A stretch of 64,000 bases of DNA. It comes from Negaprion brevirostris (lineage: Eukaryota). The notes beneath the pieces are model-generated. The model did not search any database. It was not told the DNA's origin and saw nothing but the letters and a program-made list of their open reading frames with translations. The stretch is taken from positions 22,115,413-22,179,412 of the forward strand of contig JARDVH010000150.1 in assembly GCA_030324005.1 (NCBI GenBank), read 5' to 3'. A program made the translations under genes and the position numbers. Below, in pieces: positions 1 to 13,062 of this stretch. Position 1 is the first letter of the stretch. Every line of letters starts with the position of its first letter.

Positions 1-37
1 TGCCGTTATGAGCTGCAGGTCCCCTCCCAATTGTGGG

Positions 38-317
38 TGGCAGGTTGGCACAGTGGTTGACACTTCTGCCTCACAGCACCAGGGACCTGGGTTCAATTCT
101 GGCTGCAGATCACTGTCTGTGTGGAGTTTGCATGTTCTCCCCATGACTCTCCACAATCCTTAAATCTCCAGGTTAGGTGAATTTGCCATGCTAAGTTGCT
201 GTTCAGCGTCAGGGGATTAGCAGGGTAAATGCCTGAGGTTACGTGGGTAGGGCCTGGGTGGGAATGTTGTCAGTGCAGGCTCAATGGCCTCCTTTTGCAC
301 TGTAGGGACTCTATGAC
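38..317 (+). mobile_element. HE1-like tRNA-derived SINE (shark V-SINE)
   Basis: A-box-like TGGCACAGTGG, B-box-like GGTTCAATTC, body GTGGAGTTTGCATGTTCTCCCC, LINE-type tail GGCCTCCTTTTGCACTGTAGGGACTCTATG; several similar copies elsewhere in the window. Confidence 0.85.
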
Positions 318-1536
318 CGCATTAAGAAAAGAAGACGTTGACACTAGATGCATTCTGATCACAGCAGAGCCTGTGAGGATCTGAAGTAGCGGTCCCTGCG
401 TTGAGGGACTGCATGCAGCAAGATTTGGAAATTTTCAGAAGAGGAGAAGACCTCCATCTGTTTGAAAATAAAGCAGTTGAAAAAAATTATTTAAAAAAGC
501 CCCAACTGGAACCAGTCATGAAATTGACAAAAAGGTTGATGTTAAAAGAAAACGGACTCTCCCAAGATGAAAAAAGGGAAAACTGGAGAAATCAGAGTCT
601 TCCGCCATCTAAAAACAGAAGTTGAACAGTTGAAAGAAGTTTGAAACTTATAAAAATGATCAAAGGAGGAGGAGCTGTTGTTTCCCACCAAAACTGCATT
701 AGTGCAGGAAAAACACAGACTGAGATACAGCATCTGATAGCAGTTAAAAAAAAACTTTGACAGTCTTAAGGCAATAATGCATTTAAAATTGTACAACATT
801 TGGTGCAACCACCACACGGAGGCACAAAGGACAAAGGACAGAAAAAAATACAAGACTCCAGTTAGAGGACAACTCCAGGAGAGGGAATGTCTTTAAAAAT
901 AAGGGGGTATATTAGAAGCACAAGACCTCAAAGGAGAAAATTAAGACCTCACGAAAGGGACAATGCTGGAGCTCATAGGAGGCAATAAGCCCTCAAGCAA
1001 GAGGCAACACTAGACTGAGCAGACAGTAAAATCCCCAAGAGGGAATATATTTAAAGACCCCAGGAGGGCAAAGGAAGACTCTAAAAAGGGCAACAAAAGA
1101 TCCTAAACGAAACTGGCATTCTGCAGAGAAGTAGAAATTGTCCAGTGTTCAAGGGTGCTGTGAGGACATTGCAATGGACAAACCTAAATAGAGAAGACAC
1201 TTGTTGAACAAGTTAGCAATTCAGGAGAATTGTCTAATTTAAAAAAAAAATACAAGAAGGAAGAAATGTTGAACATAGAAGTAGAGTTTTGATGCAACTG
1301 CAACAAAAGGAATATGCAGTTTGTCTGAAAATAAGCAAAGCATAAGTAGGAAGAGATCATTTTCAAATGTTAAGAGAATGATGGATTCACCTTGGAAGAA
1401 TCTCAAATGGATAGACAGAATGGATTGCAAAAGCAGATGCATAGAATAAAGAACAACTCCAATCTAAGTAGAAGATTGCTTGATGCAGAAGACAGAAGGT
1501 AGAGATTGGTAAATTAAGCCATTTGGCTAAAGAAGA

Positions 1537-1860
1537 TCATAGAATCCCTACAGTGCAGGAGGAGGCCGTTCACCCCTTTGAGCCTGCACCGACAACAATC
1601 CCACCCAAGCCCTACCCCCTATCCTCATAATCCCAGGCATTTATCCTGCTAATCACCCTGACATTAACTGTCAATTTAGAATGATCAATCAACCTAACCC
1701 ACAAATCTGTGGAGTGTGGGAAGAAACCAGAGCACCTGAGAGAAACCCTCACAGACACGGGAAGAACGTGCAAACCCTACAGTCACCCGAGGCCGCAATT
1801 GAACCCAGGTCCCTGGCGCAGTGAGATAACAGTGTTAACCACTGTGCAACTGTGCCATCC
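1537..1860 (-). mobile_element. HE1-like SINE
   Basis: Reverse complement of the 38-317 type element (CATAGAATCCCTACAGTGCAG ... TTAACCACTGTGCAACTGTGCC). Confidence 0.85.
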
Positions 1861-2892
1861 TCACGTGCTAGAGAACTAGACAAAACAGCAGTTCATGCAG
1901 TGAAGGAACATAGATTACAGGCAAGATTTTCTGGCCACACTCACCCCAAAACCAGAAAATCCCTCCCGAGGTCAACGGGCCTTTACATGGTCTGTCCCCC
2001 CTACCCGCTACAATTCCCATGGTGGGTGCACAGGAAAATTCACTCCTACATGTTAGAACAACATTGCCTAAATGGTTACACAAATAGAAAAACACAATCA
2101 GTATGATAAAAATGGCGAATGAAGAGATGCTGAATAGAAATGCTAGAAAAAGAAATTTAATCATATGACCAAGGAATACAGTACCATGACCATTTCCTTC
2201 ACAGGTGAAAAGCCAAGATTGTGCAAGAACTGTCAAGATACAAGACTGTGTTGTATCACAATACATTGTAGACAGTACAGCAGAAGTGAGTCACCTGAAA
2301 TGGAAACAGGGTGAGTGATCACACCAGAGTCTTCTCTCAGGCAGAGGGTGGAGTCTTCTCTCAGGCAGAAGTATCTGGAAGCTATGTTGTAATTATGTAA
2401 AGACCGGAGCTGCTGCTCCAGGGCAGCCGAGGGCTGCAACTCCTGTACCAAGTTCTCTTATCGATAAGTATCCTTTTTTCCTAACAAAGCCTCAAATTTC
2501 TTGACAACACTAGAAAGTCACAACAGCTGAACCGGGCAAATTTAAACACTTGTTTCTGATACATGCATTTGCACTACCATGAAAGTTGACTGAAGTAAAT
2601 AGGTTTCCTTCCAAAATTTGATAACTGATTGTTTTAAGGTTGTCATTTATCTTTATCCACGTCTCTCTTTCCTACCTACAGGCGTGATTCATATATGTTG
2701 AACAAAAAGCAGTAACTAATATCCTTCTCTCTACACACAATAGTCATGTATTAGGCATGGCCTTGGGAGATTCAACCAAAAATAATACCTTTATTTAGAA
2801 GACATTAACATTATAGGCTACTATATTACATTACCCATATGCCTGCGCAAATAGCTGATGATGTCATCACACAATCAATCACACAATCACAA

Positions 2893-3642
2893 ACTGGGTG
2901 GAGAAACGTTAGGTGGAATTTAATCTGGATAAATGCGAAGTGATGCATTTTGGTAAATCCAATGTAGGTGGGAGCTGTAAAATAAATGGCAGTGCCATCA
3001 GGAGCATAGACACACAAAGATCTGAGTCTACGGGTCTACAGATCCTTAAAATTGGCAGCACAGATGGAAAAGGTGGTGAAGAAAGCATATGGCATGCTTG
3101 TCTTCATCAGCCAGGGCATCGATTATAAAAGTTGGCAAATTATACCACATTTATATAAAACATTGGTTATGCCACATTTGGAATACTGTGTCCAATTCTG
3201 GTCACCACACGACCAGAAGCATGTGGTTGCTTTGGAGGGAGTGCAGAAAAGTTTGGGTATTAGCTTTAAGGAGAGATTGAATAAACTGGCTGGGGAGATG
3301 ACCTGATAGGAAGTTTATAAAATTATGAGGGGCATAGATAAAGTGAACCATTGGAAGCTTAATTCCAGGACAGAAATGACAATCACAAGGAGACACAAGT
3401 TCAAAGTTAGGGGGAGAAAGGTTCAGTAGAGATGCGCAGAGAAATTTTTCAGAGGGCAGTGGGGGCTTGGAATGCACTGCCAAGTGAGGTGTTTGAGGCA
3501 GATACATTAGAAACATTTAAGACTTATCTGAATGGGCACATGAACAGACAGGTATTAGAGGGATACAGGCAGTTGGTCTAGGTGATCGGCACAGTCTTGG
3601 TGGGCTGAAAGGTCTGTTCCTGTGCTGTACTGTTCTTTGTAT
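2893..3642 (+). mobile_element. CR1-clade LINE (HER1-like), 5'-truncated RT C-terminus and 3' tail, decayed
   Basis: ORF fragments MEFNLDKCEVMHFG and LYKTLVMPHLEYCVQFWSP are typical CR1 ORF2 motifs; tail CTGTTCCTGTGCTGTACTGTTCTTTG. Confidence 0.9.
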
Positions 3643-3788
3643 TCTCTTAAAGAATCGCTGTCAGCTTCAAGATTGCTTGTGAGGAAACACTTATAATACT
3701 ATGAATACAAAATGTAGGGAAATTAGCAACTAAAAGAAAATTTAATAAAAACACACAAAAATATAGAACATTTGATAAAGCACACATT

Positions 3789-4896
3789 GGGCCCTATTTT
3801 ACCATTTTGCTTCTAAGTGCTGGGCGAACTTGAAACTGGGAGTGTTTCCGATCTGACATTTAGACCCGTTCTCAGGCACCCCAATACACACTGCCTGCAA
3901 AAATATCAGCGATCCTGAATCGCGCTGCACAAGCCTGTGGACGGGGCTTAATGCATCCGAAACCCTGTAGCTCTGATCAGCACCTCCAACTGCATACATG
4001 CAGGAAAAAAAGAATGCTGCTCCCCTGCCACATCGTTCCCAAGCCAGATAATGCCTCCTCTGGCCCCCACAGACATTGTCCCACCCCCACAACATTACTG
4101 ACCCCCTCATCCCCCCACACCCCTGACACCCAGATGGATCGTGGCCTCACCTTCTCACCTATTGATCTCAAGCAGTGTGGCAGCAGACCTCCCCCCCTTT
4201 CCCCTCACTGATCTCAGGCAGAGTGGCAGCAGAACCCCCCTTCGCATCATTGATCTCANNNNNNNNNNNNNNNNNNNNNNNNNNNNNNNNNNNNNNNNNN
4301 NNNNNNNNNNNNNNNNNNNNNNNNNNNNNNNNNNNNNNNNNNNNNNNNNNNNNNNNNNGAGTGAGTGGCAGCAGAACCCTTCTCCTACTTCCCCCTGACC
4401 CCAAGCAGAATGGCAACAGAGCCCCCTCCCCCCTCCACTGATCACAAGCAGAATGGCAGCAGAACTATCACCTTTCCCCCCACTGATCTCAGAGTGGCAG
4501 CAGACTCCCTCAATGATCTCAGGCAGAGTGGCAGTGGACTCCCCCTTCCCCCTCACTGATTTCAGGTAGAGAACCATTTAACTGGAATGCCCGGATCAGT
4601 CTTTAGTGGGGTATGTCTGTTTCGCACTGATTCTGGATGGGTGAATGCGGTGGTAAAGGAGGAAGTGACGGTAACGTTGAGTATGCAGCCCATTAAGTCA
4701 ATTTAACTACATGCAAATGCATTTAAATGGCCATCATGTCCAGTTCAGGCACGATCTTGTTCGTGGCCATTTTTGGGCCTTGGCAAGGGGGGAACTAGTG
4801 CAGAGGCTGGCGCAGATCACGCTACTCACCTCATGCCCGACTTTACCAAGTTTTCGCACCCAAAAACAGACGCAACGCAATGGTGAAATCGGGCCC
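3789..4896. mobile_element. Non-autonomous DNA transposon, PIF/Harbinger-like, with terminal inverted repeats
   Basis: Left TIR GGGCCCTATTTTACCATT (3789-3806) versus reverse complement of the right end GGGCCCGATTTCACCATT (4879-4896), 16/18 identical; flanks acacATT / AATgtgt. Confidence 0.7.
4150..4575. repeat. Minisatellite (~39-bp unit CCCCCACTGATCTCAGGCAGAGTGGCAGCAGAACCCC) inside the DNA transposon; spans a 100-N gap
   Basis: Recurrent CACTGATCTCAGGCAGAGTGGCAGCAG variants on both sides of the gap. Confidence 0.85.
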
Positions 4897-5149
4897 AATG
4901 TGTCAGTGTTGTAGGACACTTACTTGCACTTATGGTTTTCCACAAACCGAGTTTCTAAACCTTCATATTTCAGTTTTATATTACAATTTGTCCGTGATTA
5001 TGCAAAAGCAAAGCCTCTTGCTGAGGAAGAAAAGGTGGCAAGTTGAAAGTATGTGAACCCAACATCAATTTGCATTCATATAGCAAAGTGAGAGAAGAAA
5101 AACATCCCTGAGTGCTACCAATTGAAAAATGGTCATTCAACACAGAAGA

Positions 5150-5690
5150 ATTCAGTACAGATGACCAAAAGCTTGGTGAAAGAGAAGTTTTAAGACGCAT
5201 CTCAACTGGACAGGAAGGTGAAGATGTTTAGGGGTGGAATCCTAGCACTCACGAGCAAGTCAGCTGGAACGGTAGCTGACAATGATAAAGCATTTAACTG
5301 TGGATGCCAGAATTGGAAAAGTGCAGAAACCTCAGGGAGTTTCAGGCTGCAGGAGGTTACAAGATAACAGCAACATGTCCATGAAAGGATTTGGAAACAA
5401 GGATATTTTAAAGGTATTGTGGGATTGGCAGCAGTGTAGATCAGCAAGCACACATGATAATTATACAGGTCCTCGCAACAGAATTTTGGAATGGTGGCCA
5501 GCAGAACATTGAAATAATCAAGTCTAGAGACAACAATGGCTCAGATGAAGGTTTCAATAGCAGATAGACTGAATCAAAGAATGCTAGAAAGGTGAAAGTT
5601 GGTAGCCTTACTGATTGAGCAAATACATATATGGTAGGAAGCTCATTTCAGGATCAAGTATAACACCAAAGTTCTTAACAGTTGTCATGG
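5150..5690 (-). mobile_element. Highly decayed L2/CR1-group LINE RT fragment
   Basis: Resembles the antisense RT C-terminal region of shark L2-like LINEs (GATGAAGGTTTCAATAGCAGAT, GGAAGCTCATTTCAGGATCAAGTATAACACCAAAG). Confidence 0.45.
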
Positions 5691-6334
5691 AGTATGATGG
5701 AAGCAGTGGGCAGTAACAAGAGTTCATGGCTGAAACTCACAAATACTTTATCTACTTTAATATAGCCAGTGCTGAAGTGACAGAATCACTGGAGCAATTT
5801 CCTGACCTGTTTGTTTTTCTCCCACACAATTTGCTAATTATTCAATTCACAGTCTCCGAGGAACTAGGAGAAAATGCAAGAATGAAAAAGGGAACAGGCA
5901 ATTGCTGAAGACCAATATTTTCCAACAGGGATGAAAAGGAACAGTGGCACAGAAATGAAAACTACCCTAAGGAGAATAAATCAATAACAATAAGTTGAAG
6001 CTACACTCTATTAAAATCCTTTCAACCATAGCTGTAGATTTTAAACAATTTACAGCTATCTGATTTTACAACTCACTATTCAAACGAAGTACTCAATTGT
6101 CAATATAGAGTTAAAACTATTACTAGCTTATTCCAGATATTTGACTTGTATCAGTGTGGAAAGGGTCTGTGTTGTCTGCACACTTGAAATCAAGAAATGT
6201 AGACAGGGAAGCACATTTGTCAACTTTGACACTTACAATGGATGTTGTTCCTAGCAGTGGGTGTACCAAAGCAAATAAATCTAAAACAAATCAGGTTTTG
6301 AAAAAATAATAATTCAACAAACATGAACCTCACC

Positions 6335-6900
6335 ACAAATGCCAGCATTTATTGCCCATCTCTAATTGCCCTTGAAAGCGATGGTGAGCCACACTCTGGA
6401 ACCTGTGTAGTCTGTGTGGAGAGGAGCTAACCGAATAGATGTTTGGGTGAATTCCAGGATTGTGATGTAATGCCCATGAAGGAATTTCCAAGTCAGTATG
6501 CTGTGTGATTTAGGGGTAACAGTGTTTGCATATACCTGCATTCTCCTTCTAGTGGGTTTGGGAAGTATTGCCGAAGAAGATGAGTTATTGCAGTACATTT
6601 TGTAGATGGAACAAAGTGCTCCAGTGGTGGAGGAAATTAAGATGGTGACTGCAGAGCTACAAAGTTGACTGCTTTGCCATGAGTGGTATCAAGATCTTTG
6701 ATTGGTTTTGGAGCTGCCCTCATCCAGGCAAGTTGAAAGTATTCCATTACTCACTTGAGTTGTAGGTGGTGGAAATGCTTTGGGGGAGCCAGAAGATAAA
6801 TTGCTCATCACAGAACACTCAGCTTCTGACCTTTGATTTTAGCCACACTATTTATATGGCTGGTCCAGTTAGGTTTCTGGTCAATAGTGATCCCTAGGAT
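6335..6900 (-). mobile_element. CR1/L2-group LINE 3' end
   Basis: GCCAGCATTTATTGCCCATCTCTAATTGCCCTTGAA start shared with the paralogous copy at 28670-29280, colinear for ~550 bp. Confidence 0.7.
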
Positions 6901-7179
6901 AGAATCATTTAATGTTTATATCACAGAAGGTGGCCACTCAGCATGAAGTTAGTCAAACATTAACTTGGTTTCTCTCTCCACAGATTCTTCCAGATCAGCT
7001 GAGCATTTCCTGTCTTTATTTCAGATTGCCACCATCTGTGGTACATTGCATCTGTAATTGGCTGTCTGCAAGAACAACTCAGCAAGTTCCCATAGCTATG
7101 CAAATTTCTTCTCTGCAGATAATTATTGAATCCCTTTTCAATGTTCTGACTGAATCTGCCTCCTCAACACATGCAGAAT

Positions 7180-7978
7180 GAGCACTAAGCCACGATGTGG
7201 GCAATGACTCTTTTGCTTGGATAATTGATCGCTCTGTATCTCACAACCTCACAAATGAGTCAAAGGCTGGCACTTTCAGATCTGAGAAGTGCCCAGTCTA
7301 CCTCAAGGCAAGTATCTCAAAAGTTTTAACAGATAAAGCAAGCCATTTCACACTGCTATTGTGCAACTGCTACCTCTGTTATTTTCCACTGGTAAGGTGC
7401 TGCCGTCAGTCCAAAGGATGTTCTGCTGACAACATACTTGACAACATTGTGTCTAAATTTGCATATGAATGTTATGGTCGGTGTGATGACATGTGTATGG
7501 TGAAAGGTACCTAAGCCTGAATCCCAGCAATTGGCTGATCGAATCAAACAGCAGGGATGTTCCTTCTGTTGTTTGTAATAGGCAGAGTAGAGAGCATACT
7601 GAGCCAGCCCACACTTGCAAAACCCAAAATAAGACACTGTTCAATGAAGTTCTATGGTTGGGTAGCACTTGCTGATCAATCTTGAGAGTGCTAATAGTCA
7701 TACTCACAGCCAATTTAAGAAAATCAGTCAAGCTTATAATGTGGCTTATTTATACTTAATAGAAGCAACATTCATACACAGGAATATGTTCAAGCCTTGC
7801 TTGAATTACCTCAGAGTTTGGATAGCCAAGAGTTTCCTGTTGCTTTCTCTATGCCAATACCTCAGCCAGAGTTGACAACCAACCAATCAGCATCCTTTTC
7901 TCCTGTGGTAAAAAAGTGTTGTGATTGTCTGAACTTTGACATTCTTGCATTTGTCTTGGAGTGCAAGATGTAAGGCAC
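7180..7978 (+). mobile_element. Decayed Penelope-like retroelement 3' part (GIY-YIG region and 3' terminus)
   Basis: Frameshifted peptides EKCPVYL, KDVL, NIVSKF..EC, LADRIKQ resemble the Penelope-like endonuclease region as I recall it; second copy inverted at 8898-9250. Confidence 0.6.
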
Positions 7979-8635
7979 AATGCATTACACTTAACAACAA
8001 TATTCCAAGTTCTGTACCAGCACCAACTAAAATATTCCCTCTTCCCAAAAAACCAAAGACAATGGTGTCTGGATGCTCAGCAGAAATGTCATGGGAGCAG
8101 TATGTTTCTCATGAATCATGGCAGGTTGTGAAAATGTAATATGCAAATCTAAGGTATGTGAAATGCAACAAATACTAAGGAAGTGTTTCAGTACTTCCCA
8201 AATGGAGACGAAATGACCTGATAAGTTTCATCAAATCATAATAATACTTCTAGCTTCACAGGATGCACAATGAGCCGCTACAGGAAATGCACAAGCCCAG
8301 ATGGCAATAAAGAAATTACAGGGCAAGTGTTAGACGTTCAGAACCAATTCCAGGATTAGCTGTCAATACAATTGATGAACTTTGACTAGCTAGTTGTCCT
8401 CTAGGAAAATGACAAGTGAAATGGATTCACTAAATTGTTGGAACTAGGTCAATTAAAATTGTAACGTCAAAAGATGAATCCCTTCATGATCATAAACCTT
8501 TCGTTTAAAAAAATACTTCTGGAGCCACATTCATCTGTACATCACATTTTTGTTATGACATCCTTAACATACAATGTTGAATTTGAGAAACAGAATCCTG
8601 ACATTATTTCTATATTGAATTTTTTTATAGAATTG

Positions 8636-8830
8636 TGGCATGATGGCACAGTGGTTAGCACTGCTGCCTCACAGTGCCAGGGACACAGGTTCAGTTCCAG
8701 CCTTGGGTGAATGACTGTGTGGCAATTGCATGTTTTCCCCTTGTCTGCATAGGTTTCCTTCAGGTGCTCCAATTTGCCCCTTAACCTACACATCTTTGGA
8801 CATTAAGTGGATCAGCCATAGGAAATGCAC
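8636..8830 (+). mobile_element. HE1-like SINE, partial
   Basis: GGCACAGTGGTTAGCACTGCTGCCTCACAGTGCCAGGGAC head. Confidence 0.8.
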
Positions 8831-8897
8831 AGATGATGGCATGAGGTTGGCCTCCAGTTTGTATGTTTGGCAAATAGTGCCCAATTACGGAATCACA

Positions 8898-9250
8898 AAG
8901 TGCTTTATCTCTTGCACTCTCCAGGACAAATGCAAGAATGTTAAAGTGTTATGATTGTCTAAACTTTAATACCACAGGAGTAAAGGATGCTGGTTGGTTG
9001 GCTGTTAACTCTGGCTGAAGTATTGTCATGGAAAAAACAAAAGGAACCTTTTGACTACCCAAACTCTGAGATAATTTAAGCAAGACTTGATCATATTTCT
9101 TTTGTTTGCAGAGATCAGTTCCTGTGTATGAATGTATGTTGCTTCTATAAAGTGTAAATAACCCACATAATAAGCTTGACTGACTTCCTTAAATTGGTTG
9201 CGAGTATAACTATTAGCACATTCAGGATTGATCAGCAAGTACTGCCCAAT
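8898..9250 (-). mobile_element. Second, inverted copy of the Penelope-like 3' terminus
   Basis: Reverse complement aligns by eye with ~7655-7978 (CTTGCTGATCAATC, CAGTCAAGCTTAT, CATTCATACACAGGAA, CATTCTTGCATTTGTC). Confidence 0.8.
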
Positions 9251-9944
9251 CAACAAATCACAAAGTAACGTGCACTTGGAGACTTGGTGCAGACTCAATG
9301 GCATCCTCTACACTGTAGGGATTTTTAATAGTTCTTTCAGTCAAATCAACACAATGGTTTTGTTACAGCTCTTACCCAGTGAAAACAAACTGCAACAGCA
9401 CTTCAATTTATTGTTGTTAAAATTGAAAAGGGAGTTAAGATTTTTCCAGAAGAAGAAAATGAAAAAGCATGAATTCAAGAAAGGACCAACACAATCTATT
9501 TGGCAAATTTCAAAGTTTTTTTTAAAAAAGTTACTAAACTTTTATTTTTCCTTCAAGTTCTTCTTTTGCCAGAAAATGATATAATTCCCTCTTGTATTTG
9601 CAGACATTCACCTCCAAAATCTCTTTAGATAGTCTCCACTGTCTATGTAGCTTTTAAATCTAAACTATTTTTGTTTCTTCTTCCAAGTTCAGTTTTCACC
9701 CCTTTGTGCAATTAATCCGGGTATCATTTATCTATTTCCCTTTTGTCTTCCAGCCTTTTTTTGGATTCCTGATATAATTATTTTAATAAGACTTAAATTG
9801 TACTTTAGTATATGTTTTAGAATTAATATTGTAGTTATATATAATACTAATATTGAATGATGAAATATTAGCATTATTAATGTCACAGTATGCAAGCTGA
9901 ACAGAATCAGCTCAGAGATTCTCACCAAGACATTACATGTTGTA

Positions 9945-11880
9945 TACAAACATACAAACTGGAGCAGCAGTAGGCCGCTTGGCCTCTCAAGACCGCTCTG
10001 CCATTCAATAAGATCAGGGTTGATTGAATTGCATCCTCCCACCTACCACTACTAGCTTCATCTCGTTTTTAAACAGTGACCACTGATTTTGGATTCTCGC
10101 ACAAGAGAAACCATCCTCTCCACATTCAGCCTGGTCAAGAATTCTCAGGATCATAAAGGTTTCAACCAAGTCGTCTCTTACTCTTCTAAAGTCCAGTGTA
10201 TAGAAGCCTAGCCTCTCCAGCATTTCCTCTTAACCTGGTATCAGTCAAGTGAACCTTCTCTGAACTGCTTCTAACGTATTTGCATATTTCCTTAAATAGG
10301 GAGACCAACACTGTACACAGTACTCCTTTGGGTGGCACAGTAGCACAGCAGTTAGCACTGCTGTCTCACAGCGCCAGGAACCTGGGTTTGATTCCCAGCT
10401 TGGGTCATTGTCTTGTGGANNNNNNNNNNNNNNNNNNNNNNNNNNNNNNNNNNNNNNNNNNNNNNNNNNNNNNNNNNNNNNNNNNNNNNNNNNNNNNNNN
10501 NNNNNNNNNNNNNNNNNNNTGCACATTCTCCCCGTGTCTGTGTGAGTGCTCTGGTTTCCTCCCACATTCTGAAAGACACGTTGGTTAGGTGCATTAACCC
10601 GAATAGGCGCCGGACTGTGGCAACCAGGGGAATTTCACAGCAACTTCAGTGCAGTGTTAATGTAAGCCTTACTTGTAACTAATAAATAAACTTTACTTTA
10701 CTTTGGTCTAACCAATGCTTTATATGATGGAAGTATAACCTCCATATTTTTGTTGTCAATTGCCCTCAATGTAAACAATAATATTGTTAGCTTTCCTAAC
10801 TCCTTGCTGTATCCGCATACTATCCTTGTGATTCAAGTCTAAGACACCCAGATCCTTCTGAATCTGAGCTCTGCAATTGCTCACAATCTAGATTACATGC
10901 CTCTTTTTTAATCTTCTTGCCAAAATGGATTATTTCAGACTTGTTCACATTATAATCCATTTGCCAGGTCTTTGCTCTCTCGCTTAACATGTCTCTTTGT
11001 GGCCTTGTCCTCATCACACTTTACTTTACAACCCATCTTTGTCATCAGCAAATTTAGCATCCCAGTCAATTATATAACCTGTAAAAAGTTAATACTCCAA
11101 AACTAATCCCTGTGGCACACCACTATGACATCCTGCTAACCAAAAAGACCTATTTATGCCTAGTCTCTTAACTGTTAGCCAGCCAATCTTCTATTCATGC
11201 TAATATGTTATCCCCTACAACATGAATTTTCATTTTCCACAACAATCTTCGATGTGGCACTTTATCAACCGGTACCCTTGCTCCATAGCACGTGACTCTA
11301 AGAACTTCAATAAATTGGTTAAATGTGATCTATCTTTCATAAAACCATTATTCTGCCCAATTGCCTTGAACTTTTCCAAGTGCCTTGTCATAACACGTTC
11401 AGTAATAGCTTTTAACATTTTCCCTACTACAGTTTTAAGCTGATGGGCCAATAGCTTCCTGCTTTCTGAATCCCTTCCTTTTTGAATAAAAGGAGTTACA
11501 TTTGGTATTTTCCAGTCTAATGGAACCTTCCCCAAATCTAGGAAATATAGGAAAATTAAAACCAATGCTTCAACTATCTCACTAGCCAATAATTTTAAGA
11601 ACTTAGTATGGAGACCATTAGGGCCCAGGGATTTGTCAATCCACTACTCCAGTAAAATTGCAATCATCAGGGAAGTGGTATTGAGGAAATTGTTGAATTC
11701 CTTTCTCCTTTCCTGATTTACAGATATTTCTGGGATTACTCACATCCATTATAGTGAAAATCAATGCAAAATAGCTGATTAATTCAACTACCATCTTCTT
11801 ATTTTCCATTATTAATTTCCCAGACTCACTTTTAAATAAGCAATTCCATTTCAAAGAATCTATAACCACTTGGAGCTTTC
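9945..11880 (-). mobile_element. CR1-clade LINE ORF2 fragment, decayed, interrupted by a SINE
   Basis: Peptides VPLDWKIPNVTPF, GFMKDRSHLTNLLKF, WQMDYNVNKSEIIHFG, EYCVQCWSPYLRK. Confidence 0.9.
10331..10703 (+). mobile_element. tRNA-derived SINE inserted into the CR1 copy (HE1-type head, different tail ending AATAAATAAACTTTACTTT)
   Basis: A/B-box head; the CR1 sequence resumes in register after the tail; contains a 100-N gap. Confidence 0.8.
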
Positions 11881-12982
11881 AATCAAACTAAGGTGCAAGG
11901 TAACCCTCTGAGATAATGCAAGGTTGTGAAATCACTCATGTAACCCAAATCCAGTAATGATAATCCTTAAGCCTATATGAACAGAGTGAAATAGCAAGCA
12001 ATTATTTTTGAACAATCAATAATTTTTATTTCAAAGATTTAAAGAGCAGGAGTTTTAAATGCCATGACAGCTTGACTTCCTCTTAACACTTTTCCAGCTG
12101 CATTTGACAGTTCTTTCTGACAGCTCTCATGACATTCCAATGAATTTTACACTTTTTACTCACACTCGTGTTCACTTTTATCAATCCCAAAGGACACCTG
12201 ACTTCCCTCAAAGATGTCAAGGGACCATATCCAAAGGGGTACCCTAAGGGACCACGCATTTCCAAACAACACCACAAAGTTTACAGTTGTTTTTATTAGG
12301 TCTAATCTGCACACTTTTGGCTTACCACCCCTGGCTAATGAAAATCAAACATGATTTGTTGCAGTTGTTCTATTTGGCAACTGCCTCCAAGAAATATACA
12401 TGTCCAAATAATTCTGGCCCAGCCCCATGAAAATGGTAGGTGCCATTTCCAGGGCAGGACCACTGGATTTTGCTGTCCTCCTCCATTGTTGCAAACATCC
12501 AAGCCATTATCTTAAATCAGTTCTTAGTGTAATCTTTAGCACACACAAGGGTTCTTCAGAAAGTGCTGTTCAATTGTGGAATCACTTATAACATTGAGTT
12601 TTGAAAACACAGACTGGTTCAGTATGGTCAAAACTTTGTTCATTGCAAACAGCCCAAATGGTCCGCAATTCATTAGGAAATGTAGTTTACGTAGCTGGCA
12701 TCACAACTGCACTGAAATCTATTTGCCACCTTATTCATGGGATCCCCTCTATTCACAGCTCTTGCTAACAATTTCATCAGTTTCCATAAGAAATGTATTT
12801 TCAAGGCATGACCCCTAACCTCTTACCCCTTTCATATTTCCAATCCGTAGATGATACATTTTTTATATTTGAATCTGCAGTTGCAAGTAATCATTTCTTT
12901 GTACACCTTAATGTGCTCTACCTTGTGCCCAAATTCACCTTTAAAATGGGACAGCGTAATGAGCTTCCCTGATATACTGGCT

Positions 12983-13062
12983 GATGTGAAGATGCCAGCA
13001 TTGGATTGGGTTAGGCAGAGTAAGAAGTCTTTAACCTGGTGTTGTGTGATTTCTTACTATGC
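12983..13062. mobile_element. Collapsed inverted Penelope-type terminus, same family as 38295-38458
   Basis: GCAGAGTAAGAAGTCT joined to TTTAACCTGGTGTTGTGTGATTTCTTACTATGC, matching both orientations of the 38.4-kb element. Confidence 0.6.
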
